DNA of 64,000 nt from Macrostomum lignano (taxonomy: Eukaryota). The notes beneath the pieces were generated by a model that saw only the letters and a program-made list of their open reading frames with translations, was not told where the DNA came from and searched no databases. A program made the translations under genes and the position numbers. Location of the stretch: positions 310,001 to 374,000 of the forward strand of contig NIVC01000882.1 of assembly GCA_002269645.1 (NCBI GenBank). The letters run 5' to 3'. Within the stretch, counting starts at the first letter, position 1. Every line of letters starts with the position of its first letter. Shown one piece after another: positions 61,470-64,000 of this stretch.

Positions 61470-61970
61470 CGTCGGCCGATTCTAATTGGTTCTGTCGGGG
61501 GCTAACGGTTGGCGGCCGATTCTAATTGGCTGTGCCCGATTTAGGGGTTGGCGGCCGATTCTAATTGGCTGTGCACGATTTAGGGCCGGCTTGTGGCCGA
61601 TTCTAATTGGCTGTGCCCGATTAAACGGTTGGCGGCCGATTCTAATTGGCTGTGCACGATTTAGGGCCGGTTTGGCGGCCGATTCTAATTGGCTGTGTCC
61701 GATTAAGTGGTTGGTGGCCGATTCTAATTGGCTGTGCACGATTTAGGGGTTTGTGGCCGATTCTAATTGGCTGTGCCCTATTAAACGGTTGGCGGCCAAT
61801 TCTAATTGGCTGTGCCCGAATAAACGGTTGGCGGCCGATTCTAATTAGCTGGGCCCGATTTAGGGGTTGGTGACCGATTCTAATTGGCTGTGCCCAATTT
61901 TGGGGTTGTTGGCCGATTCTAATTGGCTATGCACGATTTACGGGTTGGCGGCCGATTCTAATTGACTGTG
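61470..61970. repeat. 39-44-bp minisatellite, each unit with an inverted CCAAT box (GGCCGATTCTAATTGGCTG)
   Basis: About a dozen units directly downstream of the SCAMP stop. Confidence 0.92.
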
Positions 61971-62559
61971 CTGCCGGGCCGGGGTCAGGCGTGTTAGCAA
62001 AGGACCCTGGCGGGGCTAATCTGAAAATATGTAATCGATTTTTGCCGCCAATTAAATCGAATCAAATCATACGTTGTGGTTTCTATATGTGCTATCTGAG
62101 ATGTATTATCTAATGATCTACTTGTGTTTAACTAGTCTAAGCATCTCTTCTGTTTTTTGTTTTTAAGGTTACACGGGTAAACACGTTTTGTTTTAATTTC
62201 TCAAACCGTCGATAATCAGTTTATTGGCTATTGCTTTTTCCCTTGATAAATTTTATTAGCATTTTACAAGCCGTCTTACCAGTAAGTCACAACTTAGTGG
62301 GCCTCTAGTTAGTATGTTATTTAATATTGATCGACTATTTACAGTTCACTTGATCAAATAACTTGTGGAAATAAATCATACGAGTCGCAATACTCATTGT
62401 TCCTATATTAATCTACGCGTACGCATGCTATTTTACTTTCCTAATCTATTGATCTGTCTGTCAACAAAAGGTCAGTCACATGGTCTGAACTAATCAATGG
62501 TACAATATTAATTAAAGTACGTGCAGTTGTTTATCTATACTAGCAAAATAGTGTCAACA

Positions 62560-62700
62560 AACGTCGCTATTGGCTCTGAGTGATCACGTGACAACTGCCT
62601 CGTCCAATAGAAACGACTGGGTGATCTCTAAGACTTGTGTGTACGGACACGCGATCTATTCGCGGTTATATAGTGCATAAACAGGTCATGTGATTTAATC
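62560..62700. promoter_or_regulatory. Putative NF-Y/E-box promoter module
   Basis: ATTGG (about 62568), TCACGTGAC (62584-62592), CCAAT (about 62604), GGTCATGTGA (about 62683); no gene linked within the window. Confidence 0.35.
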
Positions 62701-63171
62701 GCAATTAATAATTGAGGTTGAAGGTAATTTTGTGCCTCCAAGGGAAGATCAAGCAGCAATTTTCTCAATGTTGTGTCTAAAATTCCGTGCATGATCCTTA
62801 CTTTGTGTCTTTTTGTGCTTTTATAGTTGTCCCACCCATGCCCTCTGTCTGTCTGTCTGAAATCGTATGAATGCTTGTCAATCAGAGTAAATTTGTTGTG
62901 TCGTAGTATTGATAATTATAGCCTGAGCACAGGTATTTTATGTATTCTTGCCCAGTGTAGTGAATAACTGTTTACTGTTAAAATGTTGGTCTATTATTGG
63001 TCTATGGTCTAACTTACACCGTATAATATGGAGGCAACCTTTGCATAATTTTTTGCTGAACTGTGTTATATTTCTCTTCACCCTATTTTCTTCACATCTC
63101 TTCCTTTTTAATTTGTTCCTTTACCTTTTCTTTCGGTTCATCTAATCCTCTCTTCTCTTTTTCTGTTCTGC

Positions 63172-64000
63172 TACCCTTCCCCTCCTCCTCCTCCTCCCCT
63201 TCCCCTCCTCCTCCTCCCCTTCCCCTCCTCCTCCTCCTCCCCTTCCCCTCCTCCTCCTCCCCTTTCCCTCCTCCTCCTCCCCTTCCCCTCCTCCTCCTCC
63301 CCTTCCCCTCCTCCTCCTCCTCCCCTTCCCCTCCTCCTCCTCCCCTTTCCCTCCTCCTCCTCCCCTTCCCCTCCTCCTCCTCCCCTTCCCCTCCTCCTCC
63401 TCCCCTTCCCCTCCTCCTCCCCTTCCCCTCCTCCTCCTCCTCCCCTTCCCCTCCTCCTCCCCTTCCTCTCCTCCTCCTCCTCCCCTTCCCCTCCTCCTCC
63501 TCCTCCCCTTCCCCTCCTCCTCCTCCTCCCCTTCCCCTCCTCCTCCTCCTCCCCCTCCTCCTCCTCCTCCCCTTCCCCTCCTCCTCCTCCCCTTCCCCTC
63601 CTCCTCCTCCTCCTCCCCTTCCCCTCCTCCTCCTCCCCTTCCCCTCCTCCTCCTCCTCACCTTCCCCTCCTCCTCCCCTTCCCCTCCTCCTCCTCCTCCC
63701 CTTCCCCTCCTCCTCCTCCTCCCCTTCCCCTCCTCCTCCTCCTCCCCTTCCCCTCCTCCTCCTCCTCCCCTTCCCCTCCTCCTCCCCTTCCCCTCCTCCT
63801 CCTCCTCCCCTTCCCCTCCTCCTCCTCCCCTTCCCCTCCTCCTCCTCCCCTTCCCCTCCTCCTCCTCCTCCCCTTCCCCTCCTCCTCCTCCTCCCCTTCC
63901 CCTCCTCCTCCTCCTCCCCTTCCCCTCCTCCTCCTCCTCCCCTTCCCCTCCTCCTCCTCCCCTTCCCCTCCTCCTCCTCCTCCCCTTCCCCTCCTCCTCC
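63172..64000. repeat. Polypyrimidine low-complexity repeat (CCT)nCCCCTTCC, runs off the window end
   Basis: Pure C/T strand; ORF 63142..63660 is an artefact. Confidence 0.96.

Noticed and set aside
63142-63660. Arg/Gly/Glu-rich ORF
   Set aside because: Translation of the CCT/CCCCTT low-complexity repeat.

Overview
Eukaryotic (animal) genomic DNA with short GT-AG introns, Q/S/A-rich proteins and very abundant micro- and minisatellites. The style suggests a free-living flatworm such as Macrostomum, but that is inference, not shown by the sequence. Genes from left to right: SLC17/VGLUT-like transporter (-, 5' part only); ephexin/SGEF-type DH-PH-SH3 RhoGEF (+); divergent orphan Cys-loop ligand-gated cation channel (-); NFAT5-type Rel transcription factor (-); COX7C (+); small secreted 10-Cys LU/three-finger-like protein (-); espin/forked-like actin bundler with a 1-nt frameshift (-); SCAMP (+). 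Mobile elements: a complete, apparently very young Ty3/Gypsy LTR retrotransposon (744-bp LTRs with no difference seen, GTAT TSD, tRNA-Leu PBS, -1 frameshift, extra ORF3 with its own TATA promoter), an intact IS630/Tc1 (Gambol-like) DNA transposon with DD30E spacing, two tRNA-derived SINE families (one with a CORE domain) and MITEs. About 17 tandem-repeat arrays account for most long ORFs in the ORF track, which are artefacts. Exon boundaries were read by eye and need RNA-seq confirmation.
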